64,000 bases of DNA from positions 960,001-1,024,000 of the forward strand of contig CAVUCU010000001.1 in NCBI GenBank assembly GCA_963740085.1, given 5' to 3'. The notes below the pieces were generated by a model. It was not told where the DNA came from and did no database searches. It saw only the letters and a program-made list of their open reading frames with translations. This DNA is from Nitrospirota bacterium (GTDB lineage Bacteria > Nitrospirota > UBA9217). This document shows, piece after piece, positions 20,862-29,713 of the stretch (position 1 is its first letter; each line of letters begins with the position of its first letter). The position numbers were made by a program, and so were the translations under genes.

Positions 20862-21239
20862 TTAGTACGTCGTCTCATGCCCGACAACCAGCGCATACTC
20901 CGGAACCGGCTTGCCCCCCGCCACGTGTTCAGCAAAGATCTTCTTGGTCTTCTCCTCGTTTAACGCGATGTATTTAACGGGAGGATCTCCGGCTATCTCG
21001 ACCGTGATCATCGGCTCCTGGCTGCAGAGCCCGGCGCATCCGGATGTGGTGATCGCGACATCCTTCAACTTGGATTTGGCCAGCTCTTCCATGATCGTGT
21101 TCATGATGCCCCGGGCGCCGGCAGCGATCCCGCAGGTCCCCATATGCACCGTGATCTTTGCCCGGAACCCGCCTTCACGCAGTCCCTGATGGTAATCTTC
21201 CTTGATCTTTTTCAGATCAGCGATCGTAAGCTTTGCCAT
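20862..21239 (-). CDS. thioredoxin-like [2Fe-2S] ferredoxin (HndB/HydD-like)
   Basis: VHMGTCGIAAGA, SGCAGLCSQEP; lies between nuoE and nuoF. Confidence 0.88.
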   Translation of the reverse strand: MAKLTIADLKKIKEDYHQGLREGGFRAKITVHMGTCGIAAGARGIMNTIMEELAKSKLKDVAITTSGCAGLCSQEPMITVEIAGDPPVKYIALNEEKTKKIFAEHVAGGKPVPEYALVVGHETTY

Positions 21240-21257
21240 ATAACCCCCTATCCGGGG

Positions 21258-21340
21258 AAATTCTAAATTCGAATATCTAAATCCTAAGCATTTAGATTTT
21301 TCGATATTGTTTAGAATTTCGGATTTCGTAATGAGAAATT
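21258..21340. repeat. 7-nt-periodic AT-rich inverted-repeat element
   Basis: AAATTCT AAATTCG AATATCT AAATCCT AA ... TTTAGAA TTTCGGA TTTCGTA. Confidence 0.7.
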
Positions 21341-21344
21341 GCTC

Positions 21345-21854
21345 CTACTCGTACTTCCTGACAATTTCCATCACCTTCGTGGCTGCAACGTCGCCGTAGG
21401 TGTCCTGGCCGATAACGACAACCGGGGCAAGACCGCAGGCGCCGAGGCACCTCACGGCCTCAAGGGAATACTTCTTGTCCCTCGTCACTTCGCCGACTTC
21501 CAGGTCGAGTTCATCCTTGATCTTCTCGAGGATCTCCTCGCTCCGCTTCACATAACAGGCGGTGCCGAGACAAACCCTGATCACGTGCTTGCCGCGCGGT
21601 ACGAGCGTGAAAAAAGAGTAGAAGGTCGCGACGCCGAAGACCACGCTCGGCGACATATCAAGCCCCCTGGCAACATATCGCTGCACCGCATGCGGCAGGT
21701 AGCCGCATACGTCCTGTGCCTGCTGGAGCACGGGTATGAGCGATCCGGGCTTTCCCTTGTACCGCGCGACGATCCCATCGATCTTCAGGTACATTTCGGG
21801 TGTTATGAACTCGTTGTTTGTAGCAGTCTGCTGTTCAACCGCTTCGTTGCTCAT
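21345..21854 (-). CDS. nuoE: NuoE / HydC-type [2Fe-2S] subunit
   Basis: VATFYSFF, VCLGTAC, RCLGACGLAP. Confidence 0.93.
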   Translation of the reverse strand: MSNEAVEQQTATNNEFITPEMYLKIDGIVARYKGKPGSLIPVLQQAQDVCGYLPHAVQRYVARGLDMSPSVVFGVATFYSFFTLVPRGKHVIRVCLGTACYVKRSEEILEKIKDELDLEVGEVTRDKKYSLEAVRCLGACGLAPVVVIGQDTYGDVAATKVMEIVRKYE

Positions 21855-21880
21855 CGTTTACCCCTTGGCAATTTGAAATA

Positions 21881-22417
21881 TTACATTTCAAATTTGATCT
21901 GCTCGTTCAGCATACCCCTGATCGCTTCAAGCACCGCCGGATTATTGATCGGCACATCTTCAAGGTCGTTCCTGATCTCCCGTGTATCGAACCGGAAGGT
22001 CCGTTCGCCATCCCGCGCCTCATAGAGAACATCAAGGTCGGGGTGGCCCGCTATCAGCGTGAGCACGGTATCGGCCATGCTGCCGATCGCCGGCCGGTCT
22101 ACATGGCTCCAGAGAAAGGTTGCCGCAACCCTCGCTCCCTTGCCCGGAGCGGAATCCACGGTCACCATCCCGCCCGCCTGCTCCGCCGCCTGCGACAGGA
22201 ATGGTATCCCGAGTCCCGTCTTTTTGCGTTTGGTGCTGAAGAAGGGGTCCCGGACCTTTGCCAGCGTCTCGACATCCATTCCCCTGCCGTCATCATTGAC
22301 CTCGATGCGAAGGAGGTCGCGCGCCCTATCGAGAATAATGATGATCTCTATTGTCTTTGCGTCAGCACGGACCGAATTCTCGGCAATGTCAAGGATATGC
22401 AGGGAGATGTCTTCCAC
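21881..22417 (-). CDS. HATPase_c (kinase-like) ATP-binding protein
   Basis: EDISLHILDIAENS (N box), DDGRGM, DPFFSTK, GLGIP; GTG start inferred. Confidence 0.85.
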   Translation of the reverse strand: MEDISLHILDIAENSVRADAKTIEIIIILDRARDLLRIEVNDDGRGMDVETLAKVRDPFFSTKRKKTGLGIPFLSQAAEQAGGMVTVDSAPGKGARVAATFLWSHVDRPAIGSMADTVLTLIAGHPDLDVLYEARDGERTFRFDTREIRNDLEDVPINNPAVLEAIRGMLNEQIKFEM

Positions 22418-22421
22418 CTTC

Positions 22422-23168
22422 TCAACACTCCGCCTTCCTGCCGTCTCTTCCTGCCAATGCTTTTTTGATCTCGGCCACGGTCCCGTCTTCGATCGTGAAG
22501 AGCGTAAACCGCTTACCGATGTCTTCAGGACCGTGAGCATCCGAACTGGTAATGACCGGGTACTTCCTGCAATCCGGGAAGCGGTTCGCTGCGACAGCCA
22601 CGGTCATGTGCCGCGAGATCTCAACGGCATCGGGAGCAAGCTGAGGCGGAATAAACCCAAGCTGTCCGATGATGCTGAACGACTCCCGGTCCACATGCGC
22701 CGCGATCACCAGGCTGTCACCGTGTCCTGCGCGCGCCGCTTCAACGATGGCCGCGGCCGGCAGCGATGTCGCGCCGATCAAAAGCCGGTCGCAGAAACCG
22801 GTCACTCCATCCTCATCGTCCGCGATCACCTGCTGTCCAAAGGCGCGCTCATCATTGGCGCCGGTCAGGTTCCGGTAGATGACTTCCTGGAACCGCAGGA
22901 GGTCCTCGTCGAGTTCAAAGAACACCAGGAGGTGCGCTTCTTCCGAGGAAGCGACTTCCATCCCTCCAAGCACCATCAATCCGTTTTGCCTGCCCGCCTT
23001 CTTGACGGCCAGGACGTTCTCGGCGGAATTATGATCACAGATGCCTATGAGGTCGAGCCCTTTTCGCAGGGCCTCGTGCACGATCCCCAGGGGCGACATG
23101 TCCAATTCAGCGCAGGGAGACAGACACGTATGCACGTGCAGGTCGGCCTTAATGCGCCTCAGCGCCAC
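22422..23168 (-). CDS. PHP-domain metal-dependent phosphoesterase
   Basis: DLHVHTCLSPC, ICDHN, GME, EEAH, AAHVDR, SSDAH. Confidence 0.9.
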   Translation of the reverse strand: MALRRIKADLHVHTCLSPCAELDMSPLGIVHEALRKGLDLIGICDHNSAENVLAVKKAGRQNGLMVLGGMEVASSEEAHLLVFFELDEDLLRFQEVIYRNLTGANDERAFGQQVIADDEDGVTGFCDRLLIGATSLPAAAIVEAARAGHGDSLVIAAHVDRESFSIIGQLGFIPPQLAPDAVEISRHMTVAVAANRFPDCRKYPVITSSDAHGPEDIGKRFTLFTIEDGTVAEIKKALAGRDGRKAEC

Positions 23169-23499
23169 GGATCCCCGCCTTGTATAGTCTACCGACCAGC
23201 TCAAACGCCGACAGGCCGCTCACCATGACCGGGATGCCCTCTTCCTCGGCCTTGGCAATGGTGTCCTTTTCCGGCTGCCGTCCCTGAACAAGGATGATGC
23301 CGGACAGGTCCTTGTGCGATGCAACGGCCACGATGTTCTGGTGGATGTGGAGCGTGACCCAGAGTGTCCCCTCATCCGCGTGCGCCAGGACATCCGACAA
23401 GAGATCGCTCACATAGCCGCTCGTCGCTTCACGGTCAAGATGTCCGGATCCGGTTTTTACTTCCAGACCGAATTCCTTTACAAGGTCGCTTAACTTCAT
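23149..23499 (-). CDS. DRTGG-domain protein
   Basis: GYVSDLLSDVLA, LWVT, AEEEGIPVM. Confidence 0.85.
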   Translation of the reverse strand: MKLSDLVKEFGLEVKTGSGHLDREATSGYVSDLLSDVLAHADEGTLWVTLHIHQNIVAVASHKDLSGIILVQGRQPEKDTIAKAEEEGIPVMVSGLSAFELVGRLYKAGIRGAEAH

Positions 23500-23509
23500 T
23501 GGCCCCCGG

Positions 23510-24463
23510 TCAACTCGTAAAATAGAACTTCATGGTCAAACGCGTTCCGTCGGGCACTGATGAGGTAAGATTCATCTCATCGGAGCATTTTTTCATGTTT
23601 ACCAGCCCCATGCCTGCGCCGAATCCCAGCTCCCGCACCCAGTCAGGGGCCGTGGAGTAGCCCGGCTGCATGGCGCGCTCGACGTCGGGGATCCCGGGGC
23701 CTTTGTCGATGGCCTGAACGATGACCCCCCCCTTGTCGATCTGGGCCAGTATCTCTCCGCCGGTGGTATATGAAGCAAGATTGATCTCCGCTTCATAGGT
23801 TGCCACCCCGATCCGTCTCAGGGTCGGGGCGGTGACGCCCAGTTTTTTGAGCGCGTTCTTGAGTTCGCTGGCCGCCTTGCCCGCGCTTTTCAGGGTCTGG
23901 CCTTCAACATAGTACTTGAAGGAGAAACTGATCTCGTCGGCAATGACGTCCTGAAAGAACTGTCTCATCGCCGGCCGCTGGTCGTCCTCATTGGCCTTTG
24001 ACTCGGTCTGCGTGTATTCGATCTCAAGCTTCTTCAGCAGGCCTTCGACGATGTTCCCCTTGGTGAGGATCCCGACCAGTTGCTCATTGTGGTCTAATAC
24101 CGGGTACCGTCTGAACCCGTATTTGGAAAACTTGGCGAGACAGTGAACAAGCAGCTCGTCGCTGTACAGGCACTCAACAGTCGTCGTCATCTTATCCCTG
24201 ACGAGGGTGTTGATCTCATTATTGCCGAGGGCATTGACCAGGTCTGCCATGCTGACCATGCCTAAGAGCTTTCCGTTCTCGACGACCGGTGTGCCGGAGA
24301 TACGGTTGTCCCGCAGGAGGAGACTGAGATCAGCCATGGTCTGGTCCGGCCTTATGGTAAAGATCGTGGTGGACATGACCTCGCCGACCGTGATCTCGTA
24401 GGCCATTTCCTGTGTCTTGGTCACCCCGGACGGTGTCCCCTGCTCTTTGCGTTGCAGTACCAT
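23510..24463 (-). CDS. CBS-pair fused to RsbT/RsbW-like Ser/Thr kinase (HATPase)
   Basis: Two CBS domains (ISGTPVV..GMVS; RRYPVLD..VGILT), then YEAEIN, DKGPGIPD, GYST, GFGAGMGL. Confidence 0.85.
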   Translation of the reverse strand: MVLQRKEQGTPSGVTKTQEMAYEITVGEVMSTTIFTIRPDQTMADLSLLLRDNRISGTPVVENGKLLGMVSMADLVNALGNNEINTLVRDKMTTTVECLYSDELLVHCLAKFSKYGFRRYPVLDHNEQLVGILTKGNIVEGLLKKLEIEYTQTESKANEDDQRPAMRQFFQDVIADEISFSFKYYVEGQTLKSAGKAASELKNALKKLGVTAPTLRRIGVATYEAEINLASYTTGGEILAQIDKGGVIVQAIDKGPGIPDVERAMQPGYSTAPDWVRELGFGAGMGLVNMKKCSDEMNLTSSVPDGTRLTMKFYFTS

Positions 24464-24467
24464 CTGT

Positions 24468-24824
24468 CTATTGCCGCGCGGCCACTCCTTTGAGTCCCTT
24501 CATGTACAGGATACCGCAGGCCTCGAACATGGTAAGCTTCGTCACGAAGAGGGGGATGTCCTTTTGTTTCGCCAGCGCCACCGCATCGGTTTCCGGCTGT
24601 TTGCCGCGCACAACGCAGACCGCCTTGATCTCTGCTATGTCCGCTGTTCGTACTGCCTGGGGATTCGTGAGACCCGTGATCAGAATGCCGTTCGCATGAG
24701 TGCGGCCAAGCACATCGCTCATGAGATCAGCGCTGAAGCAGTGTTCTACCTCGATCTTATCGACAATAGTATTTCCGGTAAGAACCTCCGCACCAAGAAG
24801 GTTCACGATCTCTCTTAAATTCAT
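24468..24824 (-). CDS. DRTGG-domain protein
   Basis: FSADLMSDVL, LITGLTNPQAVRTA, VRGK, MFEACG; start MNLREI. Confidence 0.85.
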   Translation of the reverse strand: MNLREIVNLLGAEVLTGNTIVDKIEVEHCFSADLMSDVLGRTHANGILITGLTNPQAVRTADIAEIKAVCVVRGKQPETDAVALAKQKDIPLFVTKLTMFEACGILYMKGLKGVAARQ

Positions 24825-24840
24825 CAGGAAAGCTCCGTTG

Positions 24841-26034
24841 CTACCGGTCGCACTCGCCGAGCACGATATCGATCGTCCCGATACAGGCGACAACGTCCGC
24901 CATCATATGGCCGGTCACCATCTTCGAAAGGGCGCTCAGGTTCACGAACGAGGGGGCGCGGATCTTGATCCGGTAGGGTCTGCCGCTCCCGTCGCTTACA
25001 ATATAGAAGCCAAGCTCTCCCTTCGGGCCTTCAGTGGCCACGTACACCTCGCCCTTGGGCATGGGGACCCATTTGCTCATGAGTACGAACTGATGGGCCA
25101 GCGTCTGCATATTCTGCATGACCTTCATCTTCTCGGGGATGGCGTAGCGCGGGTCGTCCGTGACGACCGGTCCGGGCTGCATCATGTCGAGGCACTGCTT
25201 GATGATGCGGTTGCTCTGGCGAAGTTCACCGAGACGCACGACATACCGGTCGTACACGTCGCCGTTCTTCCCAAGGGGAACATCGAAATCCACCTTATCG
25301 TAGGCCGCGTAGGGCTCGACCTTACGCAAATCGTAGTTGACGCCCGATCCTCTCAGTGAAGCCCCGGTAAGCCCGTGCTGTACCGCCTCCTCGGCGGTCA
25401 TTACTCCGATGCCTTTGGTGCGTTTGAGCCAGATACGATTTTCCCGGATCAGCGTATCGTACTCTTCGAGCCTTTTGGGGAAGAGCTCGGTGAACTCACG
25501 GCATTTGTCAATGAATTCCCGGGGGACATCGTTCCGCACCCCGCCGATGCGCGCATAGCTCACGGTCAGTCTCGCGCCGGTCGCCATCTCAAGGAGATCG
25601 AGTATAAGCTCCCGTTCTCTCGCCGCATACAACAGGACCGTCATGGCGCCTATGTCCACCGCGCTGGTGCCAAGCCAGATGAGATGAGAGCTGATGCGCG
25701 TAAGCTCCGCGGTGATCGTCCGGAGAAAATGCGCCCGCTCGGGCACGACGATCCCCGCCAGTTTTTCGACCGCGGTCACATACCCGAGGTTGTTGCACAT
25801 GCATGAGATATAGTCCAGCCGGTCGGTCATCGGGATGACCTGGTGGTATGTCTTGCTCTCCATCCACTTCTCGATTCCCCGATGAAGATAGCCGATCTGC
25901 GGTTCGATGCCGATAATGGTCTCGCCCTGAAGGTCCAATACCAGGCGGAGCACCCCGTGCGTGCTGGGGTGCTGCGGACCCATGTTGAGTGTTATTTCTT
26001 TTTGTACGATCTCTTTTGTCTCGGCAACGGACAT
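24841..26034 (-). CDS. nuoD: NADH-quinone oxidoreductase subunit D
   Basis: NMGPQHPSTHGVLR, GYLHRG, DRLDY, EGPKGELG, DIVLGECDR; no [NiFe] CxxC pairs. Confidence 0.97.
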   Translation of the reverse strand: MSVAETKEIVQKEITLNMGPQHPSTHGVLRLVLDLQGETIIGIEPQIGYLHRGIEKWMESKTYHQVIPMTDRLDYISCMCNNLGYVTAVEKLAGIVVPERAHFLRTITAELTRISSHLIWLGTSAVDIGAMTVLLYAARERELILDLLEMATGARLTVSYARIGGVRNDVPREFIDKCREFTELFPKRLEEYDTLIRENRIWLKRTKGIGVMTAEEAVQHGLTGASLRGSGVNYDLRKVEPYAAYDKVDFDVPLGKNGDVYDRYVVRLGELRQSNRIIKQCLDMMQPGPVVTDDPRYAIPEKMKVMQNMQTLAHQFVLMSKWVPMPKGEVYVATEGPKGELGFYIVSDGSGRPYRIKIRAPSFVNLSALSKMVTGHMMADVVACIGTIDIVLGECDR

Positions 26035-26046
26035 GTGATCACCATG

Positions 26047-26175
26047 AACTAAATTCTCATATCGAAATTCTAAGTCCTAAACAATATCAAAAATTCAATG
26101 CCTCAAATACATAAATTTTTATAAATTGGCACCTATCGTTTTATTTAGGATTTAGTGCTTGTTGTTTCGTGCTTG
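26047..26175. repeat. 7-nt-periodic AT-rich inverted-repeat element (nuoC-nuoD gap)
   Basis: AAATTCT CATATCG AAATTCT AAGTCCT AAA ... TTTAGGA TTTAGTG CTTGTTG TTTCGTG CTTG. Confidence 0.65.
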
Positions 26176-26182
26176 CTGTATC

Positions 26183-26653
26183 TTAGTATCCTTTCAGCGG
26201 ATATTCTTTCCTCAGCGGGTGCCCTTCCCAATCCTCGGGCAGGAGTATTCTGCGAAGGTCCGGATGTCCGTCGAACTTGATCCCCATGAGGTCGTAGGTC
26301 TCGCGCTCGTGCCAGTTCGCCGTTTGCCAGATCGAGGTGACCGAGTCTACGCAAGGGTCCTCATCCGGCACTCTTACCTTCAATCGTATGCGATGGTGGT
26401 GTACGGTCGAGATCATCATATACACGACCTCGAACCGCGGCCCTTCATCTCCCGGATACCGGGAATAATCGACTGCCGTGAGATCCGCAAGGTGGTCCAT
26501 CTTTACCGACGGCTCGTCGCGCAGGAAGCGGCAAATATCCTTGATCAGGTCCTTCTTGACCGACACGCTCACCTGCCCTGCGTAGGTTGTCGAGCCGAGC
26601 ACCTGGCCCGCGAATTTTTCTTCTATTATTTTGGCGATCTGTAAGGGATCCAT
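26183..26653 (-). CDS. nuoC: NADH-quinone oxidoreductase subunit C
   Basis: [42 protein letters not shown]; start MDPLQI. Confidence 0.96.
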   Translation of the reverse strand: MDPLQIAKIIEEKFAGQVLGSTTYAGQVSVSVKKDLIKDICRFLRDEPSVKMDHLADLTAVDYSRYPGDEGPRFEVVYMMISTVHHHRIRLKVRVPDEDPCVDSVTSIWQTANWHERETYDLMGIKFDGHPDLRRILLPEDWEGHPLRKEYPLKGY

Positions 26654-26772
26654 TCTACCTCGGAACTCGCTATTATTATAAAGACGCTCTTCAGGATTGA
26701 TGGAGCAAGCCGATGCATGTGGTTCGGTGCCGCCGGTACGACAAGACGGATTTTGATAGTGCCTCGTTGGAT

Positions 26773-27252
26773 CTACTTCCGGATGTAGTGCTCTTTTCTG
26801 ATCTTTTCCTGCAGCTTTATGATCCCGTGCATCAGTGCCTCGGGCCGCGGCGGGCAACCGGGGATGTACACATCAACAGGGATGATATTGTCCACACCCT
26901 GTACAACGGCGTAAGTATTGAAGATGCCGCCTGAGGCGGCGCAGCTCCCCATGGCGATGACATACCGCGGCTCCGGCATCTGATCGTACACGCGCCGCAC
27001 CACGGGGGCCATCTTTTTCGACAGCGTCCCGGCCACAAGGAGCAGGTCCGACTGGCGCGGCGACGGACGGGGCACCGTGCCGAAGCGATCGAAATCATGT
27101 TGCGGCGCGGCATAATACTGGATCATCTCAATGGCGCAGCACGCAAGCCCGAAGGACATGGGCCAGATGGAGCACGACCGGCAATAGTTCAAGAACCCGT
27201 CGATGGTCGTCGAGATGTATCCTTCTTCAAAGACATTCTGTATTACTCCCAT
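26773..27252 (-). CDS. nuoB: NADH-quinone oxidoreductase subunit B
   Basis: [29 protein letters not shown]. Confidence 0.97.
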   Translation of the reverse strand: MGVIQNVFEEGYISTTIDGFLNYCRSCSIWPMSFGLACCAIEMIQYYAAPQHDFDRFGTVPRPSPRQSDLLLVAGTLSKKMAPVVRRVYDQMPEPRYVIAMGSCAASGGIFNTYAVVQGVDNIIPVDVYIPGCPPRPEALMHGIIKLQEKIRKEHYIRK

Positions 27253-27617
27253 TCGAGGGCCCCCTTCTTCCAGGCATAAAAATACCCAACGAGCAGGATG
27301 GCAATGAAAACCACCATTTCCACAAAACCATACAGGCCAATCCGGCTATAGGCCACGGCCCAGGGATAGAGGAAAACGGACTCGATGTCGAATATGAGGA
27401 ACAGCATGGCGATGATGTAATACCGGATAGAGAACTTCTGGTGGGCGTCCATGAAGGGGGTGATGCCGGATTCGTACGTCAGCAGTTTTTCGGGATAGGG
27501 GTTCCGGGGCCGGAGTATCCAGCTGACGACAAGCATCCCGATGCCGACGGCGGAGCCGACCAGCAGAAAAACAACCACGGGCAGAAAGTGTACCGGAAGA
27601 TAGTTGCCTGGGCTCAT
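27243..27617 (-). CDS. nuoA: NADH-quinone oxidoreductase subunit A
   Basis: [26 protein letters not shown]. Confidence 0.97.
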   Translation of the reverse strand: MSPGNYLPVHFLPVVVFLLVGSAVGIGMLVVSWILRPRNPYPEKLLTYESGITPFMDAHQKFSIRYYIIAMLFLIFDIESVFLYPWAVAYSRIGLYGFVEMVVFIAILLVGYFYAWKKGALEWE

Positions 27618-27678
27618 ACGCTTCTCCCTGCAGAAAAAGAAAAATTAGAATTAGCAGGACTTTTTTTAAAACGGGAGC

Positions 27679-27707
27679 ATGATAAGCTAACGCCGCAATT
27701 TTGTCAA
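27679..27707 (-). promoter_or_regulatory. sigma-70 promoter of the nuo operon
   Basis: TTGACA-N17-TATCAT upstream of nuoA. Confidence 0.65.
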
Positions 27708-27971
27708 GAAAAACTATAAACAAGATAAACAATGTTTTATATTAATTTTTTTTACTCCTCCATAAGAAATAGTGCGGGCGGATTTTTTTATAAATTCCCG
27801 CGGGACGGCAACAATACCTGGGCCGGAAACAGCGACAGGCCCGTGTCACGTTGAAGAAATAGTCCGATGCGTGAACCCGGCCGGGTCAAGTGGGAAAACA
27901 GCGGGCGTCCTTCCCCTTGTTTTCAAGCGCACAATACAGTAGAATAAATAGCATACACCAGTGAGGACAGC

Positions 27972-28601
27972 ATGGACCCCTATTCAAAAGACCAGATCCT
28001 GTCGTTCTACAATTTTCATCTGAAAAAATTCGGCGACAGGCCCGAGGCGCTCCGCTGGACGCCGCAGGGTCAGCTCAAACGATATCATATGCTCGCCGAC
28101 ATCGCGCCGGCACGGGACCTGAACAACGCAACCGTGCTCGATTACGGGTGCGGGACCGGTGACTTTTATAAATTCCTGAAGCGGCGGGGCATCAACGTGA
28201 AGTATACGGGCGTGGACATCAACGAAAACTTCATCAGCCTTGCGAAAAGCAAATATCCCGAGTGCGACTTCAGGGTCATGAACGCGGACGACGACCGGTT
28301 CGAAGGGTTCTATGACTATATCGTCATCTGCGGCGTCTTCAATCTGCAGGTCCCCGGCGTCGACGACGACATGAAGAACGCGCTGGTCGCGCTCTTCAAG
28401 CACTGCAACAAAGGCCTGGCACTGAACGCCCTCTCATCGCATGCGCCCATCAGGGACCCCGAGCTGCACGTCACCTCACCGGAAGAGATGGTGAAGTTCT
28501 CCATCGAGAACCTGTCGCCCTTCATCTCCCTCCGGCACGACCGGATCCAGAACGACTTCACCCTCTATGTGTATACGGCATTGAATGAGGTCGAACTGTA
28601 A
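27972..28601 (+). CDS. class I SAM-dependent methyltransferase
   Basis: VLDYGCGTG, YTGVDI, YDYIVICGVF. Confidence 0.88.
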   Translation: MDPYSKDQILSFYNFHLKKFGDRPEALRWTPQGQLKRYHMLADIAPARDLNNATVLDYGCGTGDFYKFLKRRGINVKYTGVDINENFISLAKSKYPECDFRVMNADDDRFEGFYDYIVICGVFNLQVPGVDDDMKNALVALFKHCNKGLALNALSSHAPIRDPELHVTSPEEMVKFSIENLSPFISLRHDRIQNDFTLYVYTALNEVEL

Positions 28602-28719
28602 GGCCTGCCAACCAAGAACGTCTTTGCCACAAAAATGCGCAAAATTCACGAAAAATTAGGATAGGCTGTCATTTCCTTTTGCGCCAATGTACTTTTTGTG
28701 GCAATTTTTTATTTTTCTC

Positions 28720-29403
28720 TTACGACCTGAAAAATCCCCGATAAAACCTCATAGCGCGCACGCGGTACTCAGTGAATATTTTTTCCGATTCCGCGGCAAG
28801 GGAGGCAAAATCGAAGCCCTGTTCTTGTGCCATCCAGTCCAGAACGATGGCGGGCGTGACCTCTATATGAAACTGGAGCGCATACACCCGGTCGGCATAC
28901 CGGAACGCCTGGTTCGGGAACAGGTCGGAAGACGCCAGCCACGCGCTCTTGCGCGGCAGATCAAAAGTGTCTCCGTGCCACTGGAACACCTGGGCGGCGT
29001 TCCTGCCGGGAAGCGCAAGCGCGGACATGAGGGGGTCGCTCATGCCGTCCGGGGTCAGCGCCACCTCATACCATCCGATCTCTTTCGTCTGACCGGGATA
29101 GACCTTTGCACCCAGCACATGGGCCACCATTTGAGCGCCAAGGCATACGCCGAGCACGTGCTTGTTCGCCTCGATCGCAGCATTGATCAGCTGCGCTTCA
29201 TTGACGAGGTATGAATACCGGTGCATCTCGTACACCGCCATGGGGCCGCCCATAATGATGAGGTGGGTGAAGGAATCCGGATCGGGCACGGTATCTCCGA
29301 TGCTCAGATCGCAGACGGTAGAGGGAATTTTTTCGGCTTTGAGATAGTCAGCGATCGTTCCCGGTCCTTCGGAAAAGACATTTTTTATAATGAGGACATG
29401 CAT
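28720..29403 (-). CDS. type 1 glutamine amidotransferase
   Basis: MGGPM, GVCLGAQ, QWHGD, QFHIE. Confidence 0.92.
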   Translation of the reverse strand: MHVLIIKNVFSEGPGTIADYLKAEKIPSTVCDLSIGDTVPDPDSFTHLIIMGGPMAVYEMHRYSYLVNEAQLINAAIEANKHVLGVCLGAQMVAHVLGAKVYPGQTKEIGWYEVALTPDGMSDPLMSALALPGRNAAQVFQWHGDTFDLPRKSAWLASSDLFPNQAFRYADRVYALQFHIEVTPAIVLDWMAQEQGFDFASLAAESEKIFTEYRVRAMRFYRGFFRS

Positions 29404-29454
29404 GCGTAATCAGGCTTTTAGACTGAAGACCGAAGTAATCAAGTCTACTTCAGC

Positions 29455-29640
29455 CTATCCACCTTCGGCCTGTTCTCCTTTCCCGATAAAGAACACAAAT
29501 GCCATCGTCGGCCTTTTGGACGAGACCGAGGTGACGAACTGGATACTGTCGAAGACATACCCCTTTGCCGTCCACTCATTCAGGATCCGTTCGATCTCTT
29601 CGTCCGTCACCGTACTTGTTTCAACGACCTTGTAGCCCAT
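29455..29640 (-). CDS. small DUF4177-like protein
   Basis: MGYKVVETSTVTDEEIERILNEWTAKGYVF pattern; start reassigned. Confidence 0.65.
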   Translation of the reverse strand: MGYKVVETSTVTDEEIERILNEWTAKGYVFDSIQFVTSVSSKRPTMAFVFFIGKGEQAEGG

Positions 29641-29713
29641 GCCGCTATTATACGAAAGCGGGCGGGAGTTATCAAGGGCCTTCGAACGCGGAGGGGACAA
29701 CGCGGTGTCGACG

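Noticed and set aside
24841-27252. Group 4 [NiFe]-hydrogenase instead of complex I
   Set aside because: NuoD lacks both CxxC Ni-binding motifs, NuoB has the tandem CC of complex I, and no hyp genes are present
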